DNA of 57,500 bases from Deltaproteobacteria bacterium (GTDB taxonomy: Bacteria; Bdellovibrionota_B; Oligoflexia; Oligoflexales; Bog-1112): assembly GCA_023250635.1 (NCBI GenBank), contig JAHFAI010000006.1, positions 1 through 57,500 of the forward strand, written 5' to 3'. Below the pieces are notes generated by a model. It saw nothing but the letters and a program-made list of their open reading frames with translations. It was not told where the DNA came from and did not search any database. The translations under genes were made by a program, and so were the position numbers. Below are positions 1-8,930 of this stretch, piece after piece (position 1 is the stretch's first letter; each line of letters begins with the position of its first letter).

Positions 1-7
1 TTGTAAC

Positions 8-165
8 TAGTCGCTGGCGCGAAATAGCATATTTCGTGCCGCGACGTGTCCTGAGGAGCAAAGCGACGAAGGATCTGTCACGTGATATCCGGATGTTATG
101 TGAAAGATCCTTCCTCACTGTGTTCGTCAGGACACGGCGCTGGCGCTTTCGCGCCAGCGCCGTGT
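8..165. repeat. Composite palindromic repeat (hairpin A' + 90-bp core B + hairpin A), REP/RPE/MITE-like
   Basis: Core 46..135 (GTGTCCTGAGGAGCAAAGCGACGAAGGATCT...AGATCCTTCCTCACTGTGTTCGTCAGGACAC) recurs at 52836..52925, reversed at 42747..42834, and truncated at 57439..57500; flanked by GC hairpins 10..45 and 136..161. Confidence 0.9.
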
Positions 166-1358
166 TACGCAAATAATTTCATTTCTCGCGGATAGAGTAA
201 AAAAGGCGCACAGCGTGACAAATATGTTCCCACACCTTCATGCCAGAAGGGATCGACCAGATTAAAAGCCTCGAAATAACGCAAAAACTGCGAGCTGCCC
301 ATAATGACTTCCATGGGTAGCTTCGTATATTCGTACTCGTAGGGAGGTTTTTTCCACGCAAACTCATCGGGAGCCAGCTCCCACATAGCCCGCAGCAACG
401 CCAGCCCCAGGGAAAAACTCGCAATCCGCTCCGGCTCGAGGGGATGAATCTGCAGCCCATAGCAGACCTGCCCCTGCCACTTACCCGAGGTAGGTTGAAA
501 ACAAGCCTCGCGGAGAAAAACCCCTGCTAAGCGGGGATACAATTGATACACCCGCTCTTTAAGGTGGCTAAGGCCCTTTTTCAAAAAAGGCGCACCGATC
601 AGCTGAAAAGGCAGGCCAGTTCCCCGCCCTTCAGAAACATTGCAGCCCTCAAATAACACCATTCCGGGGTAGATAAAAACAGGGGTCAGGGTGGGTAAAT
701 TTGGCGAAGTAGGCACCCAGGGACGAGCTAGACTGCGGAAGTTTTCCCGTGCTCGCCATCCCTGGAGCGCTACCACCTCAAGCTGCGCTCCAATCCGCTG
801 ATTAAAAAAACGCGCGGCCTCTCCCGGGGTTAAGCCATGGCGCATGGGCAAAAAATCCGGTGCCACAAAGGAGAGCATATCCCCATCAGGACAGCGCCCT
901 TCTACCAGTTCCCCCCCCAGGGGGTTAGGACGATCAAGGATTACCACCCGCTTCCCCAGGCGCTGGGCTGCCCGCAAACACCCAAGGATAGTCGCTTTAA
1001 AAGTATAAATGCGACAACCGACGAGCTGCATATCCACCAGAATCGTATCTATACCAGCCAGCATCTCCGCGGTGGGCTCGCGGGTTTCTGAATACAGGCT
1101 ATACACGGGGATATCGAGACCCGCTAAGCGTTCATGGGCAGTTTCAATCATATTATCCTGGGCGGTTCCCCAGAAACCATGTTGTGGCCCCATAATTGCC
1201 CGCAAGCGCTCACCCAAAACTTGATGACATACTCTATAAGCTGGTTCAAAAGTTGAGGTAAGCGAGGCCTGATTGCAGAGCAGCACACAGGCCCCCCAGG
1301 AAGCTGCTAACCCTGGCTGCTCCTGGATAATTTCTAGACCAATTCGCTGCCCCTTCAT
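165..1358 (-). CDS. namZ: Exo-beta-N-acetylmuramidase NamZ (DUF1343/YbbC family)
   Basis: Motifs NQAS, PQHG, YSLY, DMQLVGCRIYTF, LDRPNPLGG, WVPTSPNLP, SEGRGT typical of DUF1343. Confidence 0.88.
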   Translation of the reverse strand: MKGQRIGLEIIQEQPGLAASWGACVLLCNQASLTSTFEPAYRVCHQVLGERLRAIMGPQHGFWGTAQDNMIETAHERLAGLDIPVYSLYSETREPTAEMLAGIDTILVDMQLVGCRIYTFKATILGCLRAAQRLGKRVVILDRPNPLGGELVEGRCPDGDMLSFVAPDFLPMRHGLTPGEAARFFNQRIGAQLEVVALQGWRARENFRSLARPWVPTSPNLPTLTPVFIYPGMVLFEGCNVSEGRGTGLPFQLIGAPFLKKGLSHLKERVYQLYPRLAGVFLREACFQPTSGKWQGQVCYGLQIHPLEPERIASFSLGLALLRAMWELAPDEFAWKKPPYEYEYTKLPMEVIMGSSQFLRYFEAFNLVDPFWHEGVGTYLSRCAPFLLYPREMKLFA

Positions 1359-1370
1359 GCTTACCTTCCG

Positions 1371-1805
1371 TCAACTGGCGCGGCTCTCTGGTTCTACTGG
1401 ATCAAGCTCTTCAGAGTTAGAGGTGCCACCCCGATTATGTTCGGCAAGGCGCTTAGAGATAAAGTCCGTAAGCAACGCTTGTTGGTCGGGTTCGATTTGA
1501 ATGATCGAAATGGCAATTCCTGGCCCAGTTTCCTTAGACTCTTCCTCGATGGAGGATACCACTCTGGTCATTTTGCCGTTAAAAAAAATCGTCGTTTCCG
1601 GCGCCAATTTGAGCCAGATCTCCATAATGCTCGAAGAGGAAAAAGGAAAGCGCCCGGGACGGGCATAATCGAGGAAGAAACCATTATTGGAAATGTTGTG
1701 GGTCGTCAGATTGTAGCGAATCTCAGAGCCGATGGAGCCAAGCTCCACCGCCAGCGATTGCTCTAAGTTCACCCGTACCTGTCGACGCTGCTCACGATTA
1801 GCCAT
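1371..1805 (-). CDS. Single-domain PilZ protein (probable c-di-GMP receptor)
   Basis: RRQVR (RxxxR) and NISNNG (D/NxSxxG) motifs; start moved to ATG 1805 with GAGG RBS, which removes the overlap with the upstream gene. Confidence 0.8.
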   Translation of the reverse strand: MANREQRRQVRVNLEQSLAVELGSIGSEIRYNLTTHNISNNGFFLDYARPGRFPFSSSSIMEIWLKLAPETTIFFNGKMTRVVSSIEEESKETGPGIAISIIQIEPDQQALLTDFISKRLAEHNRGGTSNSEELDPVEPESRAS

Positions 1806-1845
1806 GGCGATAACCTCATGATGAGTGGGGCTCACCATAAGATTA

Positions 1846-2919
1846 TCAACTTTTCTTAGAAAGTTCTTCAATAATCCGCTGAAACTCCTCGGGAGGCAAG
1901 GCTCCAGAATAACGCTGACCATTGATCAGGTAAGCCGGCGTACCTGAGACTCCGTAGGATAAGCCCGAGCTCAAGTTAGCATCGATGGTTTCTTCAATTT
2001 CTTTGGGCGGATTGGCGACACAAGCAGCAAACTGCTTAGTATCCAGCTTAATTTTCTCGGCGTGCTGCTTAAAGTCCACGTCGTTTAGTTTCTGCTGATT
2101 ATCAAACAGGGCGTAGTACATATCCCAATATTTTCCCTGCTTTGCAGCACATTTTGCCGCAATTGCCGCCGGGCGAGCGCGAGGATGAAAACTCAAGGGG
2201 AAATCCCGAGTAATCCAGCGAATTTGACCTTTATACTTGTCAAGCACCTGCTTGGCTGCTGGTAATACCCGCGAACAGAAGGGGCATTGGAATTCCGAAT
2301 ATTCTATGATGGTGATTTTGCAATCATCCCCACTACAGCCACCCTTGCTCGGTTCAACGTCAGCTTCCCCTGGTCCAAAACGCACATGATCAGTTTTGCC
2401 TACTTTAACATCGTAAAGTGGTGCTTTGGGCTGTGAGACGAGCACCTGGAGATGTTTAGATTGATAGCCTTCGTCGAGAATATTTTGAATAACCGCGCTT
2501 TCACCTTTTTGCTGGAGAAAACCACGAATCTGCTCTTGTTTTTCTTTAGCAGAGAGATCTTTGAGATTCGGGTGATTCTCATATTTTTTAAGCATCTCTT
2601 TGACTTCACTATCCGATACTTTAACATGCTGCTTCATGTACTCAGTTTTAGCTTGTTCAGCGTTTTTCTTGGCTTTTTTTCCATCCTGCTCCCAATATTG
2701 GCGCAGGAATTCTTCCTCGGCAGCACCCTTGACCAAATTATACGTCTGCATTTCCTGTTCATAAAACTTATCTTTGTTCTTTTCCCTGACTTGATCGACC
2801 GAGGTGTCGCTACCAAAGACTTTGAAAGCCGGCGCGCCTCCTGCCCAAAGGGTTGAGCTTAGACTCGCCAGTAAGCTCACGTACAAGGTAATTTGAAACA
2901 TTCGAGAAAAAATCTTCAT
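1846..2919 (-). CDS. Exported DsbA-family thioredoxin-fold protein with N-terminal helical domain
   Basis: Signal peptide; EYSEFQCPFC active site; DFPLSFH; cis-Pro loop GVSGTPA. Confidence 0.85.
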   Translation of the reverse strand: MKIFSRMFQITLYVSLLASLSSTLWAGGAPAFKVFGSDTSVDQVREKNKDKFYEQEMQTYNLVKGAAEEEFLRQYWEQDGKKAKKNAEQAKTEYMKQHVKVSDSEVKEMLKKYENHPNLKDLSAKEKQEQIRGFLQQKGESAVIQNILDEGYQSKHLQVLVSQPKAPLYDVKVGKTDHVRFGPGEADVEPSKGGCSGDDCKITIIEYSEFQCPFCSRVLPAAKQVLDKYKGQIRWITRDFPLSFHPRARPAAIAAKCAAKQGKYWDMYYALFDNQQKLNDVDFKQHAEKIKLDTKQFAACVANPPKEIEETIDANLSSGLSYGVSGTPAYLINGQRYSGALPPEEFQRIIEELSKKS

Positions 2920-3023
2920 CTAGCTCACTCTCCTCTGGTAATGGCAAACAGCTATAACGTTTAGCACCCTTGCGCGGGCACAAAGAGCATAGCTTACTTT
3001 AGGTTTCCTGTTAACGACAATGC

Positions 3024-3052
3024 TTGGCTCGCTTTCTTAATCATGGTAGTTT
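3024..3052 (+). promoter_or_regulatory. Putative sigma70 promoter of orn
   Basis: TTGGCT-N17-TAGTTT with TG immediately upstream of the -10. Confidence 0.35.
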
Positions 3053-3080
3053 TGCTAAAGTTTTGCTGAGAATTATCTAA

Positions 3081-3701
3081 ATGCCTCGAAGGAGTAGCCC
3101 CTTGCCTGATAAGAGTGTATCCCCGCCCCCTGTTTCCGCTGCCCCGCTGCACTCTGCTGCTCCCCGTTCTTCTCCAACCCTGGTGTGGCTGGATATGGAA
3201 ATGACCGGACTCGATCCAACCATCAATACAGTTATTGAAGCTGCAGTTCTTATCACTGATGGCTCACTGCAAACCATAGCCGAAGGACCAGACCTTATTA
3301 TTCAGCATGACCCTAGGATTTTTACCAGCATGGATCAGTGGAACCAAAATCAACATACAAAATCAGGGCTCTGGCACCAAGCTATTAACTCGACTCTCGA
3401 TTTAAAAAGTGCTGAAGACCAGCTGCTTAAATTTGTCATGGAACACGTAAAGCCACGAGAAGGAATTCTCGCTGGCAATAGTATTTGGCAGGATCGACGT
3501 TTTATTATTAATTATTTTCCGCGCCTTCATGCTTATCTGCATTATCGGATGCTCGATGTCACCAGCTATAAAATTATGTTCTCCCAGTGGTTTAAGCCTA
3601 GCTATACCAAAGCCAAGGAGGCTCATCGGGCTCGCAGCGATATCGAGGAAAGCATAGCTGAGCTTAAATTTTATCGGGATTTAGTAGTAGGGAAAGAATA
3701 A
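3081..3701 (+). CDS. orn: Oligoribonuclease
   Basis: LVWLDMEMTGLD, H.KSGL, LAGNSI.QDRRF, LHYR.LDVTS, HRA.SDI.ESI.EL (DEDDh family). Confidence 0.95.
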   Translation: MPRRSSPLPDKSVSPPPVSAAPLHSAAPRSSPTLVWLDMEMTGLDPTINTVIEAAVLITDGSLQTIAEGPDLIIQHDPRIFTSMDQWNQNQHTKSGLWHQAINSTLDLKSAEDQLLKFVMEHVKPREGILAGNSIWQDRRFIINYFPRLHAYLHYRMLDVTSYKIMFSQWFKPSYTKAKEAHRARSDIEESIAELKFYRDLVVGKE

Positions 3702-3708
3702 GGGACTT

Positions 3709-4335
3709 CTAACGCTGCTTTTTTTCTTGGGAACGCACATACTCAATGAAGTGGGCGCTATCTTCGAGGATATTATTGTAGTTATTGCGGCGATGGTTAT
3801 TGCCGCCGGGATTATTTGCCCCACCGGTATTACCGCCAAAGGGACGTCTTCCCCCACTGAAATTGGCGTTATTATTAGGACTGCGAAAATTGCGATTGTT
3901 ATTGTTGTTATTATTGGGGCGATTGTTGGGATAAGCGTTGCTATTCCCGGACTGGCCGCCGCGCATCGCACTCTTTCGTTCCATGATCTCCCAAGCACGC
4001 AACACGAGACCTTCGGCAATCAATTCACTGACCAAATCTTCGACTGTTACCCCTTCTTGCTGAGCTTTGAATTTGAGTTTGCGGTGTAGGGAAAGGGTAA
4101 TCGGTAGGGAGAGCACACTGCGATCTTTACCTTTAGAAGCGGGTTGTTTTGCCACTATTTCATCATCCTCATACTCGGCCATCTCTTCATCACTCTCTTC
4201 CCAAACCTGCTGCGGTTCCACCTCGAGCGCTTCGATTTTTTGTTTGGCTTTTGGAGTAGCTCGAGCCTTGCGCGGAGAAATTTTGAGGTTTTCTTCGCTA
4301 CTAATACTTTTCTTTACTGAATTTTGTTCGGTCAT
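3709..4335 (-). CDS. Ribbon-helix-helix (HicB/CopG-like) protein with acidic N-region and Asn/Gly/Arg-rich low-complexity C-region
   Basis: LSLPITLSLHRKLKFKAQQEGVTVEDLVSELIAEG resembles an RHH; PNNRPNNNNNNNRNFRSPNNN... tract. Confidence 0.65.
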   Translation of the reverse strand: MTEQNSVKKSISSEENLKISPRKARATPKAKQKIEALEVEPQQVWEESDEEMAEYEDDEIVAKQPASKGKDRSVLSLPITLSLHRKLKFKAQQEGVTVEDLVSELIAEGLVLRAWEIMERKSAMRGGQSGNSNAYPNNRPNNNNNNNRNFRSPNNNANFSGGRRPFGGNTGGANNPGGNNHRRNNYNNILEDSAHFIEYVRSQEKKQR

Positions 4336-4736
4336 CAATAGGGTTCCTTGCTGGACAACTCTAGCCTGAGGTTTTATAATTTTTTTAGGGCTTTAATCTG
4401 ACAATTAATCTAATTAGGAGCTTTGTTTGTTCGCGTTACATGGCCGCTTGTTTGAGGCCATTTGATAAAGATTTACCCAGTAGGCCCCCAAAAAGCAAGC
4501 ACTTTACGGTGACACGTAAGCTTTTAGCAGCAAAACCCGCCCAAGCCTAGGCAAAAAAACAAGAATATCAGAGGCTGAAGCCCATCCAAAAGCCTGAATT
4601 TCATAGCGACTTCACCTCCTGCCCCTCAATTGCCGCTAGATTACCCCTCGGGTCTGAAGCTACAATGCCAAGGTTATACCCCTCATAATGGGTATACCTC
4701 AGCTTAGCGTCAGTGCAGAGGAGGCCCCCAAGCCAG

Positions 4737-5666
4737 GTGATTTACTATATCATAAAGCGACTTCTTTCGATAATTCCCGTAGGTTGCGGTGTAATCATCA
4801 GCGTCAGTTTGCTGATTCATATGGTTCCCGGTAATCCTGTGGACATACTCCTCGGCGATTATGCTTCCTCCGAGGAGCGCGCTGAACTCACCCAACAACT
4901 AGGCCTCGATCAGCCGGTCTTGAGCCAAATCGCTCACTATACTGGTGGCTTGCTCGAGGGAGATCTCGGCACCTCACTGATCTACAATAAATCGGTTTTC
5001 TCGTTGATCCTCGAACGCATCGTCCCCACCGTGGAGCTGGCGGTCTCTGCAATGATCTTAGCAATCCTCCTGAGCATACCCCTAGGAATTTGGAGTGCCC
5101 TTAGAAAAAATACCTGGGCGGATTTCTCCGCCCTCCTCTTCTCGCTCCTCGGCATAGCCATTCCCCATTTTTGGCTCGGTCCCATGTTGATTATTATTTT
5201 TTCCATAAAACTCGATCTGCTGCCCGTCTCTGAACGCAGTGGCCTTAGCTCTTATATATTGCCCGCAGTAACCTTAGGGACCGCCTTGATGGCTCTACTC
5301 AGTCGCATCACCCGCACTTCAATTCTTGAAATCCTCAAAGAGGACTATATTAAAACCGCCCGCGCCAAGGGGCTTAGTGAGTGGCGCATCGTCTTGAAGC
5401 ATGTCTTGCGCAATGCCTATTTGCCCGTATTGACCATTCTCGGTCTCCAATTTAGCACCTTACTCACCGGGGCAATCGTCACCGAAAGCATTTTTGATTG
5501 GCCAGGCCTCGGCTCTCTTGTTTTAGAAGCACTCAATCAACGTGACTACCCCCTCGTCCAAGGATGCATTTTGTTTTTTGCTCTAAGCTATTTACTCATT
5601 AATTTAGCCACTGATATCCTCTACCTCTTTCTCGACCCACGCATAAAACTGCCGGGTGAAGTATGA
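4737..5666 (+). CDS. dppB: ABC peptide/nickel transporter permease (DppB/OppB-like)
   Basis: PGNPV, GDLGTS, EAA loop EDYIKTARAKGL, IFDWPGLG, RDYP, DPRI; GTG start at 4737 preferred (4713 possible). Confidence 0.9.
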   Translation: MIYYIIKRLLSIIPVGCGVIISVSLLIHMVPGNPVDILLGDYASSEERAELTQQLGLDQPVLSQIAHYTGGLLEGDLGTSLIYNKSVFSLILERIVPTVELAVSAMILAILLSIPLGIWSALRKNTWADFSALLFSLLGIAIPHFWLGPMLIIIFSIKLDLLPVSERSGLSSYILPAVTLGTALMALLSRITRTSILEILKEDYIKTARAKGLSEWRIVLKHVLRNAYLPVLTILGLQFSTLLTGAIVTESIFDWPGLGSLVLEALNQRDYPLVQGCILFFALSYLLINLATDILYLFLDPRIKLPGEV

Positions 5667-6511
5667 AGGAGCAGATTTTGACCTCGCGCAATCGCGCCGC
5701 CGAATTGTGGCACTCACCCCAATTTTGCATGAGCATGGCTTTTTTGGGGGGACTTTCCCTCGTTGCGGTTATCGGCCCGCTGCTCTCTGCTTATAACCCC
5801 AATCTAGTTGAGCTGAGCTTAAGCGGCGCCCAGCCCTCTGCAGAACATCTCCTGGGTTGCGATCTTCTCGGCAGAGATTTATTGGCAAGTCTGATTTTTG
5901 GTGCCAAGACCACCCTCTATATTGCCGGCGTAACCGTGATCATAACCGCAAGCCTCGGCACGCTGATCGGCCTCTTTGCCGGTTATTTTGGCGGATTGAT
6001 TGATACCGTCCTCATGCGCTTTGTTGATATTGTCTTAGCTTTTCCTGGCTTTCTGCTCAATCTCGCCCTCGCCTCCCTTTTGGGCCCCAGTATCAATAAT
6101 ATTATTCTCGCCATCTCAGCTACGGGATGGGCGAGTTTTGCCCGCTTGGTACGAGGACAGGTGCTTACTCTGAAGCAACGAGAATACATCACCGCCTCAA
6201 AAATGCTCGGTGCCTCAGATTTCCGCATTATCTACTACCATCTGCTCCCCGCTATTTACTCACTCTTGGTGGTTACTACCTCATTTGCTCTTTCAAGCGT
6301 GATTTTGGTAGAAGCAAGCATAAGCTTCCTCGGGCTTGGGGCACCAGATAGTGCCCCAACCTGGGGAAGTCTGCTTAACCAGGGACGAAAGGTGCTCTTT
6401 GAAACACCCTTGCTCAGCGTAATGCCAGGCTTCCTGATTATGCTTACTGTTCTTGCATTTAATTTTATCGGGGATAGGCTGCGCGATCTTTTTGATCCGC
6501 GAGAATTGTAA
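5663..6511 (+). CDS. dppC: ABC peptide transporter permease (DppC/OppC-like)
   Basis: HLLGCDLLGRD, ARLVRGQVL, EYITASKMLGAS, LSFLGLG-like, GDRLRDLFDPR; ATGA overlap with dppB. Confidence 0.9.
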   Translation: MKEQILTSRNRAAELWHSPQFCMSMAFLGGLSLVAVIGPLLSAYNPNLVELSLSGAQPSAEHLLGCDLLGRDLLASLIFGAKTTLYIAGVTVIITASLGTLIGLFAGYFGGLIDTVLMRFVDIVLAFPGFLLNLALASLLGPSINNIILAISATGWASFARLVRGQVLTLKQREYITASKMLGASDFRIIYYHLLPAIYSLLVVTTSFALSSVILVEASISFLGLGAPDSAPTWGSLLNQGRKVLFETPLLSVMPGFLIMLTVLAFNFIGDRLRDLFDPREL

Positions 6512-6547
6512 AAGCTCGCATGATCTGCAGCTTAGGTAGGCAGCTGC

Positions 6548-7024
6548 TTAGCGAACCATCTCTTTAAGAGATTTCAAAGCACGAACTTTCACCACGCTAT
6601 GAGCTGGTTTAGCTTTGAACATCATTGGCTCTTTAGTAAAGGGATTGATGCCTTTACGGGCTTTAGTAGCAGGCTTCGTAACTTTTACGATCTTCATCAA
6701 ACCAGGAAAATTGAATACCCCTGGGCCGCTTCGTCCCAAATCGAAGGTGATCAACTCTTGGAGATTGTCAAAAACAGCTGCTATTTCTTTCTTTGCAAGG
6801 CCGGAGCTTGCGGCGATAACACCCATAATATCGCTTTTGGTGCGAGCTTTTTTTACTGATTTAACTACTCTGCTTAGCGCTTCACGTCCACCAGCAGCAG
6901 CGCCACTAGTCTTTCTAGCGGTGCTTTTTTTCGCTGTTTTGGCTTTGCTGCGCTTGGCTGAGCTTTTCTTTGCAGTGGTCTTAGCTTTAGCGCGCTTACT
7001 TGCTTTTTTCTTCTTCTTTACCAT
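6548..7024 (-). CDS. HU-family DNA-binding protein with Lys/Ala-rich (histone H1-like) N-terminal tail
   Basis: TKSDI...FPGLMKI...PATKARKGINPFT...FKAKPA..VVKVRALKSLKEMV; N-terminal KKKKKASKRAKAK; ATG 7024 with GGGAG RBS. Confidence 0.85.
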   Translation of the reverse strand: MVKKKKKASKRAKAKTTAKKSSAKRSKAKTAKKSTARKTSGAAAGGREALSRVVKSVKKARTKSDIMGVIAASSGLAKKEIAAVFDNLQELITFDLGRSGPGVFNFPGLMKIVKVTKPATKARKGINPFTKEPMMFKAKPAHSVVKVRALKSLKEMVR

Positions 7025-7066
7025 TAATAAACTCCCAATAGAGAAAATAGAACACTTAGTATGATT

Positions 7067-7094
7067 ACTATACATTGAGATTAATTTTTGACAA
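7067..7094 (-). promoter_or_regulatory. Putative sigma70 promoter of the HU-like gene
   Basis: TTGTCA-N16-TATAGT on the minus strand in an AT-rich intergenic region. Confidence 0.4.
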
Positions 7095-7126
7095 AAGAAA
7101 AATCAACAATTTAAATCATCAGAGAA

Positions 7127-8911
7127 TTATGGCAAATGATCAGGATTATCAGCAAGGAAGCGGGCAAGGCGTTTTATCAGGTGAACTTCAAAGAGGTGTG
7201 GAGGCAGTCTTTCTTTTAAATTAAGCACTATTTGTTGGGCTGGCTGATCCAAAGAGTTAAAATAATTGCTGAGCAGCGTATGGTATTGTTGCGAGGATGC
7301 TCCCTTAATTTTATCAATAATTTGACTCTTGCCCCGCTGGCCTCCCGCAAAGATATTGGTCGCTCGCGCCGCTAAACTAGCTGGAAAACCCCTGCGCGCC
7401 TCTTCTTTAAGAGTAATTTTAGTTCCCTGTTCAAGCAGCGACGATTCACTTATCTCAACCAATTTGTTAGGAACCAGCCCCGGATATAGGGAGAGACTGT
7501 TGCTGTATTTTTGTCTTAGCACTTGCCGGTATTGCCCAAATTCCTTGCTTTCCTGACTCAGAGGCGCGAAAACTGAGGCTAAAGGTGTCTGCCCCAAAAA
7601 TTCGGCAAGTTTTTGCTCTTCACGAAACCACTTGAGAAATAGTGCATATTTGTGCCGCACTTCTTCCCTGCTCTCACCGACTAGTGCTAAACTAGCAAAA
7701 ACCTGTATACCCAGCAGTTCCTGACGGAGGCCACAAGAGTGGCCAGGCACTATGCGCAGTGACCATTCACAGAAAAGAGCTGCGGCTGCGATCAGCAGGT
7801 TATGATTAAGGATGACAAAATCGCTGCTCGTAGCTCCAGCTTCTTGCTCCTCGAGCACCACCGTCAGCAAAGTCTGCCTAAAAGGCTTGCTGATTTCTTC
7901 ACTAAGGCCCCCACTCAACATCTCCAAGCAGGGATGAGCAGGAGAAGCGCTAGCCCAATTTTGGCGCGCAAAGAAAGCGTTAACCGCAGCAAGAAATTCT
8001 GCTGATTTACCGTTGATCACTCTATCCGCAGAGAATTGCCAGATTATTTGCGGGGCCGGAGAACTCAATTCTAGGCTGAGGCAAGCTGCTTCGCCCAGTT
8101 GCTGGAGCAAGCCAAAACGGCTGAGCTTTTTTGCAAATCGCTGCAAAATGAGTGTTTTTTGAATAAAAGTTAGTTTTTTAGCGAAAACAGCCTCGGCAAA
8201 GGCAGCCTCTAGCGCTTGCGCTCTCAAGCTACCACCAGTCGTTTCCCTCAGGCTGGCATCTCGAAAGCGCAGGTGGTGAACAAGCAAAAGCTGCTCGATA
8301 GGCAACAAACTCTGCCAAAGCGCCCGCTCTACCAGCAGGGGAGCAGTATTCGCCAGCACCGTTTTTAAACGAATCTCATCAGCCAGACTGCGCTTGCATT
8401 CCCGAACTCCATCCACAAGTCCCAAGAGCAGCTCTCCAGAATACGGAGCTAACTGCAGGTAGAGATCCCGCTGATCATGAGCAAAGTTCCACCATTCCTT
8501 GGCAAAAAAGGGCTGGGCTTGCAATGCCCCATGCTGATCAGCAATAAGTATTTTGAGCCCCCCTAACTGGCTAAAGAGGACCTGAATATCGTTATCTTTG
8601 GAAAAAGATCCTCGCCCTGCAGATTTCAGAAATTCATGAGTAATTTTTAGGGTTAACTCGTCTGGGCTAGGCGAAGAAGCGCCCAATAACTGCTGCTGGA
8701 GCCTATCGACAAGAACAGAAAGTCCCAAGAGCTGCCCGTGATGCAAATGCGGCAGAAGCAGCGTTCTCTGCTCTACCAAACAAGCTTGAGTAGCTTGAGT
8801 ACCTAGGGAACGGCAGGTTCCTGCGCTTAGCTCCTCGCTCAACCAAGCAGGTATATAGAAAGCAGAGAGGTCGACCTCCCCGCTATTTTTTTCCTTCCTT
8901 TCATTAGTCAT
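7127..8911 (-). CDS. Hypothetical protein (594 aa), possible N-terminal winged-helix/replication-initiator-like region
   Basis: Long ORF co-oriented between the OMP and HU genes; fold is a pattern-level guess only. Confidence 0.6.
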   Translation of the reverse strand: MTNERKEKNSGEVDLSAFYIPAWLSEELSAGTCRSLGTQATQACLVEQRTLLLPHLHHGQLLGLSVLVDRLQQQLLGASSPSPDELTLKITHEFLKSAGRGSFSKDNDIQVLFSQLGGLKILIADQHGALQAQPFFAKEWWNFAHDQRDLYLQLAPYSGELLLGLVDGVRECKRSLADEIRLKTVLANTAPLLVERALWQSLLPIEQLLLVHHLRFRDASLRETTGGSLRAQALEAAFAEAVFAKKLTFIQKTLILQRFAKKLSRFGLLQQLGEAACLSLELSSPAPQIIWQFSADRVINGKSAEFLAAVNAFFARQNWASASPAHPCLEMLSGGLSEEISKPFRQTLLTVVLEEQEAGATSSDFVILNHNLLIAAAALFCEWSLRIVPGHSCGLRQELLGIQVFASLALVGESREEVRHKYALFLKWFREEQKLAEFLGQTPLASVFAPLSQESKEFGQYRQVLRQKYSNSLSLYPGLVPNKLVEISESSLLEQGTKITLKEEARRGFPASLAARATNIFAGGQRGKSQIIDKIKGASSQQYHTLLSNYFNSLDQPAQQIVLNLKERLPPHLFEVHLIKRLARFLADNPDHLP

Positions 8912-8930
8912 TATGCTTCCAGATTAATTT

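Noticed and set aside
3890-3925. (TTA/TTG)n tract as a phase-variable microsatellite
   Set aside because: In-frame mixed Asn codons of the RHH protein, not a pure repeat; no frameshifting potential.
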